Below are positions 47,684-57,794 of a stretch of 64,000 nt of DNA, piece after piece. Numbering within the stretch: the first letter of the stretch is position 1; every line of letters begins with the position of its first letter. Made by a program: the position numbers and the translations under genes. Source of the stretch: a virus; the IMG/VR virus record IMGVR_UViG_3300017991_000013, positions 5,917 through 69,916 of that record; one strand, 5' to 3'. The notes beneath the pieces were generated by a model. The model did no database searches, was not told where the DNA came from, and saw nothing but the letters and a program-made list of their open reading frames with translations.

Positions 47684-47925
47684 GTTAAAATATATGCAAC
47701 CTCTCCCCACATGGGCTCGCCCTTAGTTCTAAGGAAGGGGCGAAAGTCGAGTGTTAAAATAAAGGCTATCTGTCCCCGCTCTCTGATTCTCAGATTGACC
47801 TCAAAATCTGAGCGAGGTATGAGAGCGATAGGGGGTACAGATAGCCTTTATTTTTACAGGGTGCCCATCGGCGTTCTCAGAGTCGAGGTTTCAGAGATAC
47901 GGGGGAGAGGTTGCATATATTTTTA
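47684..47925. repeat. nested inverted repeats, putative replication origin
   Basis: 22-bp IR (47687-47708/47902-47923) and 18-bp IR (47756-47773/47837-47854) share centre 47805; inner 8-bp IR; AT-rich. Confidence 0.8.
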
Positions 47926-48337
47926 CGGGTATCGCTCTCAGATCGCCCTGGCACTTTCAGAGGGGTATCAATCAGATATTTCGAGAAGTCGCGCCAGGAT
48001 CAATCGAGCGAGCGGCAATCATGCGGGTAAAACGAAAAGAATGCGGGAATCTGCCAGGAGCGCGTGATTCTGCCCAGAGAGCGACCGAGAACACGCGGCC
48101 GCAGAGAACTCAGGAAACGAGGAGGACCAGCATGGAAAGACGACGCAAACGTCAACGAGTGAAAGGACGTCCTCCCCGAAAGGCGACTAGAGCGGCTCCT
48201 GGAGGGCACGGCATTTTCATTCGTCGACGTCGATGCCCTGTACACGACGTAACCAACTGAGAGATTTCCAGCAAACCTAGGGCGGCGTCTTTTCACTCGT
48301 GAGGGTTTCCGTCCTGTTTTCCTAGAGCCGAGGAAGC

Positions 48338-51172
48338 ATGAGTTCTCCCAAGGACCTAGATGTACGCAAGCTGCTCGATCACTTCGGGATCGAGTACGAG
48401 GAACGTGGCGACGGCGAGCTACGTGTGCTGTGCGCGTTCCACGCGGACGAGAACCCGTCGTGTCAGATCAACGTAGAGAAGAAGGCGTTCTTCTGTTACA
48501 CCTGCGAGGCGAAGGGCGACGTCATCAACTACATCGCTGGCCGCATGAACACGACGCGGCCGACGATAATCAAGGAGCTAGAACTAGAGGGCTGGGTCGG
48601 TCGGTTCATCTCGCAGAAGATGGTCGAGAAGTGGCACCAAGCTCTGCTCAAGACACAGCCCTACCTCGAGGCACTCAAGAAGAAGGGCATCAGTAAAGAG
48701 ACCATCGACCGCTACTCGCTCGGCGTCAACCGACAGCGGATCACGATCCCGATCTACGACGACGCCAAGAACATCGTCAATGTACGGCAGTACTCACCGA
48801 ACCCGAAGGACGCTCGCCACAAGGTAATCAACTACAAGGGCTTCGGTGGTCGGCGGCTCTACCCGTACGAGGCTTTGGCGGACCAGGAAATCTGGATCAC
48901 CGAGGGCGAGTTGAAGGCCCTGCTGTTGCGCGAGCGTGGGTTCAACGCCATGTGTGCGACGGGTGGAGCTGGCACGTGGGCGATGGAGTGGAACGATCTC
49001 TTCGCCAAGAAGGACGTCGTCCTCTGCTACGACATCGACGACGCGGGGATCAAGGGCGCGAACCGAGTGGCGCGGTGTCTATACCCGACCGCCAAGTCCG
49101 TGACCCTCGTGGTGCTGCCGATAGACCGCAAGGAGTTCCCGAAGGGCGACGTAACCGACTGGCTCGTCGACCTCAATCACACCGCCGAAGACCTGCGCGA
49201 ACTACAGGGCAACTCGCAGCAGTGGTCGCCCGCACTCTTCCGCCGAGAGAACGAGGAGGAAGAGGACGAAGAGGTGACCCCGGTTCACCTGTCCCAGTCG
49301 TCGCTGGCGAAGTGGCATGGCAAGCGGGTCGAGACCGAGGCGCTGGTCTCCGCGAAGGACACCGCGCCCTACATCATCCCCGCCGAGATCGAGGTCGTGT
49401 GCCAGCGGGACAGCGGCAACATCTGTCTGGTCTGCCCCGTGGCTGGGTTCGAACCCGGGGAGACCTTGAAGATCGGTCCGACGAATCCAGTGGTCCTCGA
49501 ACTCGTCGGCATCTCAACCGACCAGCAGGAGCGAGCCATGAAGAAGGCCGCCGGCGTTCCGCGTTCCTGCTCGCAGTGTATCTTCAAGGCCAAGAAGTCG
49601 ATGAACATCGAAGAGCTTCGACTGATCCCACAACTCAAGATCGCCACGCAGGAAACAGACCACGTGGTGCGGCGAGCGTTCTACGTCGGCCACGGGATCG
49701 AGACCAACACCGCGTACATGCTTCGCTCCAAGGTGATCCCCGAACCACAGTCGCAGTACGCGACGTTGCTGACCTACGAGGCGGAAGCGTCGGTGGACTC
49801 GTTGTCGACCTTCAAGCTGACCCGCGAACTCAAGACGAAGCTCAAGCTGTTCCAGCCAAAGGAGTGGACGCTCACAGGGTTGCGGGTCAAGCTCGACCAA
49901 ATCTACGAGGACCTCGAAGCGAACGTGACCCACATCTACATGCGGCGAGACCTCCACGTGTTCTACGATCTCGTCTACCACTCGGTCCTCTACATCCGGT
50001 TCCAAGGTCAGCCGATCAAGGGCTGGGTCGAGGGGCTCGTGGTGGGCGACAGCGGGCAGGGAAAGTCCGAGGCCATCAAGCACCTCATGAACCACTACGG
50101 CCTCGGTGAGAAGATCGACGCGAAGGGCGCGAGCGTAGCGGGACTGCTCGGCGGGCTGCAAGAGACAGCCAAGCGGTGGTTCGTGTCGTGGGGTGTCATC
50201 ACCCTCAACGACCGACGACTCGTGGTGCTCGAAGAAATCAAGGGCATGCACCAAGAGGTCATCGCCAAGCTAACCGACATGCGGTCCAGCGGGATCGCAG
50301 AGGTGAGCAAGGTAGAGAAGGCAAAGACGAACGCCCGCACTCGACTCGTCTGGATCAGTAACCCGAGGTCCGACGATCAGGTGATGTCGTACAACTTCGG
50401 GATCACCGCGGTCCGCGAACTGATCGGTTCGCTCGAAGACGTACGCCGCTTCGACATGGCCATCATGTTGGCCAGCGGTGAGGTCGACCGCAAGGTCCTC
50501 AACCTCCGAACGGGTGATCGACCCACGGCAGAGCACACGTACACCCACGAGTTGTGTCAATCGCTGGTGCTGTGGACGTGGAGCCGGAAGCTCGAAGACG
50601 TGCAGCTTACCGAGGAGGCGGAGGAACTGCTGCTCAAGGAATCGAGCCGCATGGGGAAGGAGTACTCCGCCACGATCCCGCTCGTGGAAGCGGCGGACCA
50701 GCGGCTCAAGCTGTTGCGGCTCTCGGCAGCGTGCGCGGCGCGGACCTTCTCCACGGAGGACGGGCAGACATTGCTGGTTCGGAAGTGCCACGTCGAGTAC
50801 GTGGTGGAGTTCCTCGACCGAATCTACGACAGCCCCGCCATGGGTTACCGAGACTACTCGAAGAACCTCGCGGGCGAGAAGCAACTGCGGGACGCCGATC
50901 AGGTCGAGGCGATCCTCAACGAGTTGCCGCACCAGAAGGACGCGATCCAATCCATGCTCGAAGCACCGGGCATGACCGCGACCGACATGATGGACTGGGC
51001 GGAGATGGACAAGGATACCGCGCGAGAGTTTATCGGCGGCTTGGTCCGCAAGAACGCGTTGAAGCGTGGCCGTCGGTACTACGTGAAGACGCCGGCGTTC
51101 ATCGCCATGCTCCGACGAATCTCTAACAACGGGGAACTATCCAACGAGGCCCCAGCGGAGGTAGAGTTCTAA
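48338..51172 (+). CDS. primase-helicase: CHC2 zinc finger + Toprim + MCM-like AAA+ helicase
   Basis: C.FH.D..PSC..CYTC; ITEGE, YDIDDAG, KGDVTD; GDSGQGKS, ASVAGLLG, LEE, ISNP and RRFD. Confidence 0.88.
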   Translation: MSSPKDLDVRKLLDHFGIEYEERGDGELRVLCAFHADENPSCQINVEKKAFFCYTCEAKGDVINYIAGRMNTTRPTIIKELELEGWVGRFISQKMVEKWHQALLKTQPYLEALKKKGISKETIDRYSLGVNRQRITIPIYDDAKNIVNVRQYSPNPKDARHKVINYKGFGGRRLYPYEALADQEIWITEGELKALLLRERGFNAMCATGGAGTWAMEWNDLFAKKDVVLCYDIDDAGIKGANRVARCLYPTAKSVTLVVLPIDRKEFPKGDVTDWLVDLNHTAEDLRELQGNSQQWSPALFRRENEEEEDEEVTPVHLSQSSLAKWHGKRVETEALVSAKDTAPYIIPAEIEVVCQRDSGNICLVCPVAGFEPGETLKIGPTNPVVLELVGISTDQQERAMKKAAGVPRSCSQCIFKAKKSMNIEELRLIPQLKIATQETDHVVRRAFYVGHGIETNTAYMLRSKVIPEPQSQYATLLTYEAEASVDSLSTFKLTRELKTKLKLFQPKEWTLTGLRVKLDQIYEDLEANVTHIYMRRDLHVFYDLVYHSVLYIRFQGQPIKGWVEGLVVGDSGQGKSEAIKHLMNHYGLGEKIDAKGASVAGLLGGLQETAKRWFVSWGVITLNDRRLVVLEEIKGMHQEVIAKLTDMRSSGIAEVSKVEKAKTNARTRLVWISNPRSDDQVMSYNFGITAVRELIGSLEDVRRFDMAIMLASGEVDRKVLNLRTGDRPTAEHTYTHELCQSLVLWTWSRKLEDVQLTEEAEELLLKESSRMGKEYSATIPLVEAADQRLKLLRLSAACAARTFSTEDGQTLLVRKCHVEYVVEFLDRIYDSPAMGYRDYSKNLAGEKQLRDADQVEAILNELPHQKDAIQSMLEAPGMTATDMMDWAEMDKDTAREFIGGLVRKNALKRGRRYYVKTPAFIAMLRRISNNGELSNEAPAEVEF

Positions 51173-52218
51173 TGAAGGTCGCACACCTCAACGATGACTT
51201 CTTCCACAAGGTGTGGGCGAACGGCGCGATCCCCTCGCGGACGCGGCGGTTGTTCCCCGAACAGCAGGTGCTTCGGTTCTCCGAGATCGAGAACTCCGAC
51301 GAGCCGCTGTATTGCACCGAGTTCCCCTACCTCTGCGAGGCGACGGAAGCTCGCGTGCTCAAGGTCGTAGAGTTTCTGCGAGCCTACCGCGGGGTGACCG
51401 TCGTGACCTTCTGCCAAGACGCCCTGCCACCGTGGCACGACAAGAAGAAGGGCGCGCTGGTCTTCGACAAGGTGCTGGCTCTCAGTCCGAAGAACCACCC
51501 GAGCCTCACCAACATCGTGGGCCCGTGGTATCGCGTGCCACCGCAGTTCGAGTACTGCGAGCGGTACTACGAGAACCGCGACATCGACCTGCTCTACCTC
51601 GGTCGATGCGAGAACCGCAAGAACCCGCGGTGGGTAGCGGAGGCCCTGCTCAACGTTCACCTCAACGACGGGTCGACCTTCATGAAGTTGGCCCAGAGGT
51701 CGCTGGCGGGTGCGAAGATGTACGAGTACTCCGACCTCTTCGGGTTGCCGCTGGAGAAGGACACGACGAGAGGGCGCGTCGAGGAACTGCTCGGCCGCTC
51801 GAAGTTCCTGCTCTCCCCGACCAACTGGGGAGTGGGCGAGTACGACGGGTTAGAGAACGCGGTGCTGGAGGCGATCGTCTGCGGGTGCGCCCCGATCCTT
51901 CACCCGCATTGGTGCACCGGGGTCTACGAAGATTACCCGCTCCAGCTTCGGTCGATCCAAGAGGCGAAGGAGTTCGAGGTGCCCGACGAGGCTGCGTACA
52001 GAGACGCGCTCGACTTCATGGCCGACGTGCCGGAGCCGATGCACTCGACCCGCCCGCCCGGGGTGCTGCGGGAGAAGCTGGACCAAGCGGTGGACGACGT
52101 GTACTTTGATCGAGGGGCGAGGCAACAGAGGTGCGACGACTACGTGGCGTGGGTCAAGACGGGCGAGTACAAGCGCCGTCGCCGCGCGGGTGACTGGGAG
52201 ATACCGGATGTCGGGTAA
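51172..52218 (+). CDS. GT-B fold glycosyltransferase (candidate DNA glycosyltransferase)
   Basis: LYLGR..RKNP and GLENAVLEAIVCGC.PI; located in the replication/nucleotide cluster. Confidence 0.7.
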   Translation: MKVAHLNDDFFHKVWANGAIPSRTRRLFPEQQVLRFSEIENSDEPLYCTEFPYLCEATEARVLKVVEFLRAYRGVTVVTFCQDALPPWHDKKKGALVFDKVLALSPKNHPSLTNIVGPWYRVPPQFEYCERYYENRDIDLLYLGRCENRKNPRWVAEALLNVHLNDGSTFMKLAQRSLAGAKMYEYSDLFGLPLEKDTTRGRVEELLGRSKFLLSPTNWGVGEYDGLENAVLEAIVCGCAPILHPHWCTGVYEDYPLQLRSIQEAKEFEVPDEAAYRDALDFMADVPEPMHSTRPPGVLREKLDQAVDDVYFDRGARQQRCDDYVAWVKTGEYKRRRRAGDWEIPDVG

Positions 52219-53122
52219 GCGGATCGCGGTACTGGGGATGTCGTTCCCCGCTCGGGTGGTCGGGCGAGAGCTAGAACTCGAAGGCCACGAGGTGATCTAC
52301 TACGGGGACGACCGAGGCACTGGTCAGTTCAAGCGACACGGTCCGCGATACCTCTGGCTCTGCAACGACGTGCGACTCTTCTTTGGACCCTACGTGAAGC
52401 TGATCCCTCAGCGGGTCGAGGTCAAGTGGTGGAACGGTCACGAGGTCACGACGCGCCACACGCTCGAAGAGGTCTACGCCTACAACGTGAAGACCCGCGG
52501 GCGTCAACGACCGCACGCGCCCTGCGAGGGACAGACGAACTTCCTGTCGGTGCTCGGTGGCTGGAACCTACTGGACAGCAGACTCAAGCCGCGCAAGTCA
52601 AAGGGCTTTGCCATCGCCATCTTCCCCACGGAGATTGGCTGGCGCGTGGTCAACGAGGGCAAGAAGGCGGAGGCGGTCGACGGCATCGTGACCTCGCTCC
52701 ACTATCAGGTCTTCGGGAAGCTGACGCAGTACTACCGCGCCGACTTCCCGAGGGTGGGGACACGACCGATCAAGGTCTACTATCACTACGCGAGAGAGCA
52801 CACGCCCGACATGGGCTTGCCGCTGCTCAACGCGAACATGCTGGTGTACTCGGGTCGAGAAGAGGACCCGTGGTTTCGCTGGAGCTACGACGGCGAGGTC
52901 TACATCTTGGAGAGCCGAGAGAGGTTGCCCGGCAACTGGGACCTCGTGGAGAGTTCGGTCTCCAAGATACTCGACGCGACGAGCGACCTGTACTACCCCG
53001 AGGGTGTCTTCCCCGTCGGTCGGTGGGCAGAGGGCAAAGAGGACCTGCTGGTCCACGAGGTGATCGAGAGGAGAGAGAAGTATGTCGAGCAGGTGGAACG
53101 AGGCCTGGGCTTACCAGCGTAG
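52208..53122 (+). CDS. FAD-dependent oxidoreductase/UDP-galactopyranose-mutase-like protein
   Basis: Degenerate Rossmann start RIAVLG; GPRYL, PWFR and GVFPVGRWAE. Confidence 0.55.
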   Translation: MSGKRIAVLGMSFPARVVGRELELEGHEVIYYGDDRGTGQFKRHGPRYLWLCNDVRLFFGPYVKLIPQRVEVKWWNGHEVTTRHTLEEVYAYNVKTRGRQRPHAPCEGQTNFLSVLGGWNLLDSRLKPRKSKGFAIAIFPTEIGWRVVNEGKKAEAVDGIVTSLHYQVFGKLTQYYRADFPRVGTRPIKVYYHYAREHTPDMGLPLLNANMLVYSGREEDPWFRWSYDGEVYILESRERLPGNWDLVESSVSKILDATSDLYYPEGVFPVGRWAEGKEDLLVHEVIERREKYVEQVERGLGLPA

Positions 53123-53927
53123 GTTCATGCAGTCGGAGGTCGAGCGGATCGGCCGACTGCCGCTGAACGAAGCGCACCGACGACTCTGCTTGCACCTCAC
53201 CTCTGAGGTCGCGGAGCTACTCGACTGCGTGGACTGGAAACTGCACGCGAGGGAGAAGCCGCCCGACCACTACGCGGTGATCGAAGAGTGCGTGGACGTC
53301 TGGAAGTTTCTGATGGACGTGCTCTACATCCACAACGTCACCGACGACGAGTTCCTCGATGTCTTCGAGCAGAAGTCTGTCGTGGTCGAGAACCGCATGG
53401 CCATCGAGCGCCTCAAGAAGTTGTACGACGGGAGCTTTCAGACCCCGTTGTTCATCTCGGACCTCGACGGCGTGCTCGCGGACCGCGACGAGTCGATGCT
53501 CGCCTATGTCAACGATCGGTTCGTGCGCGACTTCAAGTCGGTCGACGAGATGCGACAGACCATCTCGGCCAACGAGTACCACGAGATGAAGGACGACTGG
53601 TACGAGAGCGGCGGGTTCGAGAAGGTCGAGGTGATCGAAGAGCAGGCCGCGATCTTCCGCGAGGCCCCGGGCTTGCGAATGATCTGTACCTCGCGGGACG
53701 TAGACCGCTACCCGCAGTTAGCGTACCAGACAATCGAGTGGGTGAAGACCCACTTCGGCAACGCGATCACCGGCGTGGTGTTCGCGAAGGAGAAGGACAA
53801 GGCGTTGTGGTGGGTGCCGCGAGAGGGCACCGTGGCAGTGGACGACGAGGAAGACCTCTCGCGTGTCTGCACCTATTACCGCAGCTGGACAGAGGAGGTA
53901 CTACATGCCACCGAACAGCAAGGTTGA
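53082..53927 (+). CDS. MazG/dimeric dUTPase-like pyrophosphatase fused to a HAD nucleotidase
   Basis: SEVAELLD..WK.H and EECVD..KF; SDLDGVLAD, TSR and VDD. Confidence 0.8.
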   Translation: MSSRWNEAWAYQRRFMQSEVERIGRLPLNEAHRRLCLHLTSEVAELLDCVDWKLHAREKPPDHYAVIEECVDVWKFLMDVLYIHNVTDDEFLDVFEQKSVVVENRMAIERLKKLYDGSFQTPLFISDLDGVLADRDESMLAYVNDRFVRDFKSVDEMRQTISANEYHEMKDDWYESGGFEKVEVIEEQAAIFREAPGLRMICTSRDVDRYPQLAYQTIEWVKTHFGNAITGVVFAKEKDKALWWVPREGTVAVDDEEDLSRVCTYYRSWTEEVLHATEQQG

Positions 53928-54831
53928 GAAGTTCGTGTCGCCCTTCGTGGGGCGGCGGGGTCAAGCGCCGATCACACGGGTCCGCCCGTTGGAGTCGGCG
54001 CTCACGGTCAAGGTGCTCGCGGGTCCGTCACCCGAGCAGGTCGCTGCGAAGTTCGGACCGACGCACGCGGCTCACGCGCTCGCCGTGCCCGAGCCGAGCG
54101 CCGAGGTCTTGAAGGACCTCAAGCTCTTGTTCCAGGGCAAGGGTCTCTGGCAGATGCTGGAGATGTTGGAGTTCGACCTGTTGATCGAAGGGTGCTCGCG
54201 TATCTTCACGCACCAGTTGGTCCGCACGAGGATCGGCGTCACCTTCTCGCAGCAGGGAACGGGCGACGGCGACTGCCGCCACATGGACCTCGTGATGCCG
54301 AGCGCGTACCCGGGTCCCGCGCAACAGCGAGCCATCGCGGCGGCGCTGAACTCGAAGCTCGCGTACGTCGACCTGGTCGATGGCTACCACGTGCCGGAGC
54401 AGGACGCGCGCTACCTTCTGCCGCACTGCCTCGGCACCTTCATCTACATGCACGCGAACCTCGCTTGCCTCAGCGGGCTCTACAAGAAGCGGACGTGCGT
54501 GATGACCCAGGCGTGGGAGACCCACCTCTTCGCGGAGAAGCTCAAGGCCGCGCTGGTCAAGCACAGCCCGTGGACCGCCGCGCTCTTCGGCAACCCCTGC
54601 GAGTCGGGCAACTGCTGGTACCAGAACGCGAAGGACACGCCGTTCGCGGTCAGCCACCTGTGGCGGCCGGATGAGGATCACGACGGGTTCGAGTGGAACC
54701 CGGCGTCCTTCTTCTATGGCGACCACGAGGAGTGCTCGACGTCTTACCCGGTCGACGTGCAGTACTACAAGGCCGACGACCCCTGCTCGAAGAGGGAGTG
54801 GCAGACGCTCTGGGATGAGTATACTGCTTGA
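53905..54831 (+). CDS. divergent ThyX-like flavin-dependent enzyme
   Basis: LE.LEF..IEGCSR..THQLVRTR..FSQQ, EQDARYLLP and KR.C..Q.WE. Confidence 0.8.
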   Translation: MPPNSKVEKFVSPFVGRRGQAPITRVRPLESALTVKVLAGPSPEQVAAKFGPTHAAHALAVPEPSAEVLKDLKLLFQGKGLWQMLEMLEFDLLIEGCSRIFTHQLVRTRIGVTFSQQGTGDGDCRHMDLVMPSAYPGPAQQRAIAAALNSKLAYVDLVDGYHVPEQDARYLLPHCLGTFIYMHANLACLSGLYKKRTCVMTQAWETHLFAEKLKAALVKHSPWTAALFGNPCESGNCWYQNAKDTPFAVSHLWRPDEDHDGFEWNPASFFYGDHEECSTSYPVDVQYYKADDPCSKREWQTLWDEYTA

Positions 54832-55750
54832 GGGACCAGACAGGTCGGGGAAGACTACCCTAGCAGAGAAGCTGGTGGGGAGGGGATGGCGTTCGGTTAC
54901 GCCCCTCCCCACCGCGCGTGCGCGTGCTCACGCCTTCGCGGTGTACATGGGTCAGTCGCGAAAGCCGCACGCGGTGATCGACCGAGGGTGGGTAACGGAG
55001 GTCGTGTACTCTAGGGCGCTGAGTCGCGAGCCCGCCCTCGGTTACCACCACCAGTGGTGCCTCTCGTTGGAGGCGGCTACCCACGGGTTGGTCACTCACT
55101 TCCTCGACCCGACCCTCGCGGTGCTCGAACGCCGCTGGGTAGAACAGCCGAACGTAACGCGAGAGCAGTGGTTGAGGGTGATCGACGAGTACCGCAAGTG
55201 GCTGGACGAGGAGGCGTGGTTCTGGCACGGCTACCTGCACCAAGTGGTCAAGGTGACCGAGCCCGACCTCAGCGACATGTCCGAGAGCGCCGAGGCAATG
55301 GAGGCTGTTTCGGAAGAGGCGCACCTGCGCGAGTCTTGGGGCGCGCCCGTTCCGAAGCTGCTTCTAGTGGGAGAGCGTCCGAACCCCAACAAGGTGTGCG
55401 CGAACGCGAACTACGTTAGGCCGCTCATGCCGCGCAACGCTGGGGAGGGCGGGGCTTACCTCTTTCGAGCGTTGGGGTCAGTGGGCCTCTGCCCTCACGA
55501 GGTCCACCTCTGCAACGCCTACCGCTCAGATAGCCAGCCCGAGAAGGTGCGACACCTGTGGGAGAAGCTGATGCGGCCGCCGATCGTCACGCTCGGCAAG
55601 GTAGCCGACGAGGCGTTGCTGGACCGAGACCTACCGCACGGCGCGGTAGATCACCCGCAGTACAAGCGCCGCTTCGAGTCGGGGCTGGAAGAACTCTACG
55701 GACTGGAGATAATGGATGCTGGTAACCTCAATCGAACAACTTCCAACTGA
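54815..55750 (+). CDS. dNMP kinase fused to a uracil-DNA-glycosylase-like domain
   Basis: LEGPDRSGKTT and IDR...TEVVYS; LLVGERP, LCNA, IVTLGKVA and HP. Confidence 0.8.
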   Translation: MSILLEGPDRSGKTTLAEKLVGRGWRSVTPLPTARARAHAFAVYMGQSRKPHAVIDRGWVTEVVYSRALSREPALGYHHQWCLSLEAATHGLVTHFLDPTLAVLERRWVEQPNVTREQWLRVIDEYRKWLDEEAWFWHGYLHQVVKVTEPDLSDMSESAEAMEAVSEEAHLRESWGAPVPKLLLVGERPNPNKVCANANYVRPLMPRNAGEGGAYLFRALGSVGLCPHEVHLCNAYRSDSQPEKVRHLWEKLMRPPIVTLGKVADEALLDRDLPHGAVDHPQYKRRFESGLEELYGLEIMDAGNLNRTTSN

Positions 55751-57671
55751 CCTGCCAGAGTTCGTGCTCGACGTTGAGACCACGTCGTTCGACGACAAGC
55801 TCCCAGCCTTCAACCCGTGGGAGGGCTGCCGGATCGCAGGGATCGCGCTCGGCACACTCGAAGGTGACCACACGTGGTACATCCCCTATCGCCACCACTC
55901 GGGCGCTCAGAACGCGAGCGAAGAGAACCTGCCCCTCGAACCGGTACAGCGCTGGCTCCGCGACCTCTTCAAGAAGGCGGAGCGATACGTCAACCACAAC
56001 ATCAAGTTCGACCAGCGGTTCATCCACTTCGAGGGCGCCGACGTGTTCGCGCCGAAGCGCAACGAGTGTACGATGGCGCTGGCGCGGCTGGTGCACAACG
56101 ACCTGCCGCAGTACTCGCTGGAGTTCCTCGGTCAGAAGTATTGCGGCGAGGGCAAGGCACCGCTGGCCATCAAGGCCTACTTGAAGTCGATCAAGTCCAA
56201 GGACTTCGGGCGGGTGCCGCCGCGAGTGATGGGCAAGTACGCCGAGCAGGACGCGCGGCTCACCGCACTGCTGCGGCTCAAGCTCTTGGAGAAGCTGCCG
56301 TCGTGCTCGCTACCGATGTGGGACATCGAGTGCGCGGCGACCACCGAGCTGTTGCGGAACGAGATCGAGGGTGTTCGCCTCGACGTGACGCTGATGAAGA
56401 CCACGCAGCTTCGTATCCTGCGGCGGCTGCTCGAACTTAACTCAGCCATCAACGAGATAGCCGGACGAGAGATCGACCCGGGCAAGGAGTCGGAACTGAC
56501 GGCGTTCCTCATCGGCGACCTCGGCATCGAGCCCAAGGCGTACACCGCCACGGGCCTGCCGCAGTGGAACAAGATGGCGTTCGTTCAGATGGAACACCCC
56601 GTCGGTCCGCTGCTCGCGGAGTACACCACGCTGATCCATCACATGCACACCTTCTTAGAGGGCTGGCTCAAGCGGACGCACGAGGGATTCCTTCACCCAG
56701 ACTGGCGGCAAGCGGGCACCAAGACCGGGCGACTGTCCAGCAAGAACCCGAACATGCAGAACATCCCGCCGGAGGCTGAGGTCTACCTGCTGCCCTACAA
56801 CGACGACGACGTAATCATCACCTTCGATTACTCGCAGATCGAGTACCGCATCTTCGGGCACTACACGCAAGAGCCCGCGATCATGGACGCGTACCTCAAG
56901 AACAAGGACACCGACTTCCATGGGATGCTCGCCGACATCTTGGGCGTCGAGCGGCAGTTTGCGAAGTCCCTCAACTTCGCCTTCATCTATGGGATGGGCG
57001 AGAAGAAACTGCTGGACTCGTTGGCGGGGTTGCTGTCCATTCGAGCGGACGACGAGAACCTTAAGGAAAAGCTCCGCGCGTATACGTACGCCTCGACCCT
57101 CAAGATCGCGGAACGCGCCAAGCAGTTAGACCTCTCCGACTTCTTGCAGATCGCCAAGAACATCTACAACGAGTACCACAAGAAGTTTCCGTCGATCAAG
57201 AAGTTCTCACGGGCGGTCTATGGCGCGGGGCGTCGACGCGGCTGGGTACGCAACCTGCTGGGCAGGGTCTACCAGGTTCCGAGGGTCGCCCCGCACAAGG
57301 CTGTGAACTGGCTGATCCAAGGGTCAGCGGCCGACGTCTTCAAGGAGCGCCTGTTCGTGGGCACCCTGCCAGACGTGCGGGCGAAGTTCGGTGCGCGGAT
57401 GATCGCGAACGTTCACGACGAGATAGCGTTCTCGGTACCGCGTGAAGCGGCGGTCGAGTTCTACGACTACGCGGAACGGTCGCTGGAGGATTTTGAGTTG
57501 CGGATTCCGCTCTACGTTTCGGGCAAGGCTTCCGGGGCTTCTTGGGGACACTCGGTAAAGGTGAACGGTTCTGAGGAAATCGAGGTCGCCGTGAAGAAGT
57601 CACGGGAGATCGACGGCCCCACGGTCTTCGAGCTGGAGAAGGGCGTGACGAACATCGCAGCGGTATCATAA
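55716..57671 (+). CDS. polA: family A DNA polymerase with 3'-5' exonuclease
   Basis: DVETT, HNIKFD, YA.QDA; TGRLSS..PNMQN, DYSQIE, AK..NF...YG, IQGSAAD and VHDE. Confidence 0.95.
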   Translation: MLVTSIEQLPTDLPEFVLDVETTSFDDKLPAFNPWEGCRIAGIALGTLEGDHTWYIPYRHHSGAQNASEENLPLEPVQRWLRDLFKKAERYVNHNIKFDQRFIHFEGADVFAPKRNECTMALARLVHNDLPQYSLEFLGQKYCGEGKAPLAIKAYLKSIKSKDFGRVPPRVMGKYAEQDARLTALLRLKLLEKLPSCSLPMWDIECAATTELLRNEIEGVRLDVTLMKTTQLRILRRLLELNSAINEIAGREIDPGKESELTAFLIGDLGIEPKAYTATGLPQWNKMAFVQMEHPVGPLLAEYTTLIHHMHTFLEGWLKRTHEGFLHPDWRQAGTKTGRLSSKNPNMQNIPPEAEVYLLPYNDDDVIITFDYSQIEYRIFGHYTQEPAIMDAYLKNKDTDFHGMLADILGVERQFAKSLNFAFIYGMGEKKLLDSLAGLLSIRADDENLKEKLRAYTYASTLKIAERAKQLDLSDFLQIAKNIYNEYHKKFPSIKKFSRAVYGAGRRRGWVRNLLGRVYQVPRVAPHKAVNWLIQGSAADVFKERLFVGTLPDVRAKFGARMIANVHDEIAFSVPREAAVEFYDYAERSLEDFELRIPLYVSGKASGASWGHSVKVNGSEEIEVAVKKSREIDGPTVFELEKGVTNIAAVS

Positions 57672-57794
57672 TGAATAGCGCAGGCGACCCCGTTCCGCCG
57701 CAATGCCGCAGAAGCACGCGAGTACATCGTTCCTGAAAGTGCCGCTAGGATGCCGAATTCGGCTACTCTACCAGGATGGAATACTTCAAAATCG

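Noticed and set aside
47609-48296. ORFs 47609..48067, 48021..48260 and 48000..48296
   Set aside because: Atypical codon usage and composition; they overlap or adjoin the inverted-repeat element and are probably noncoding
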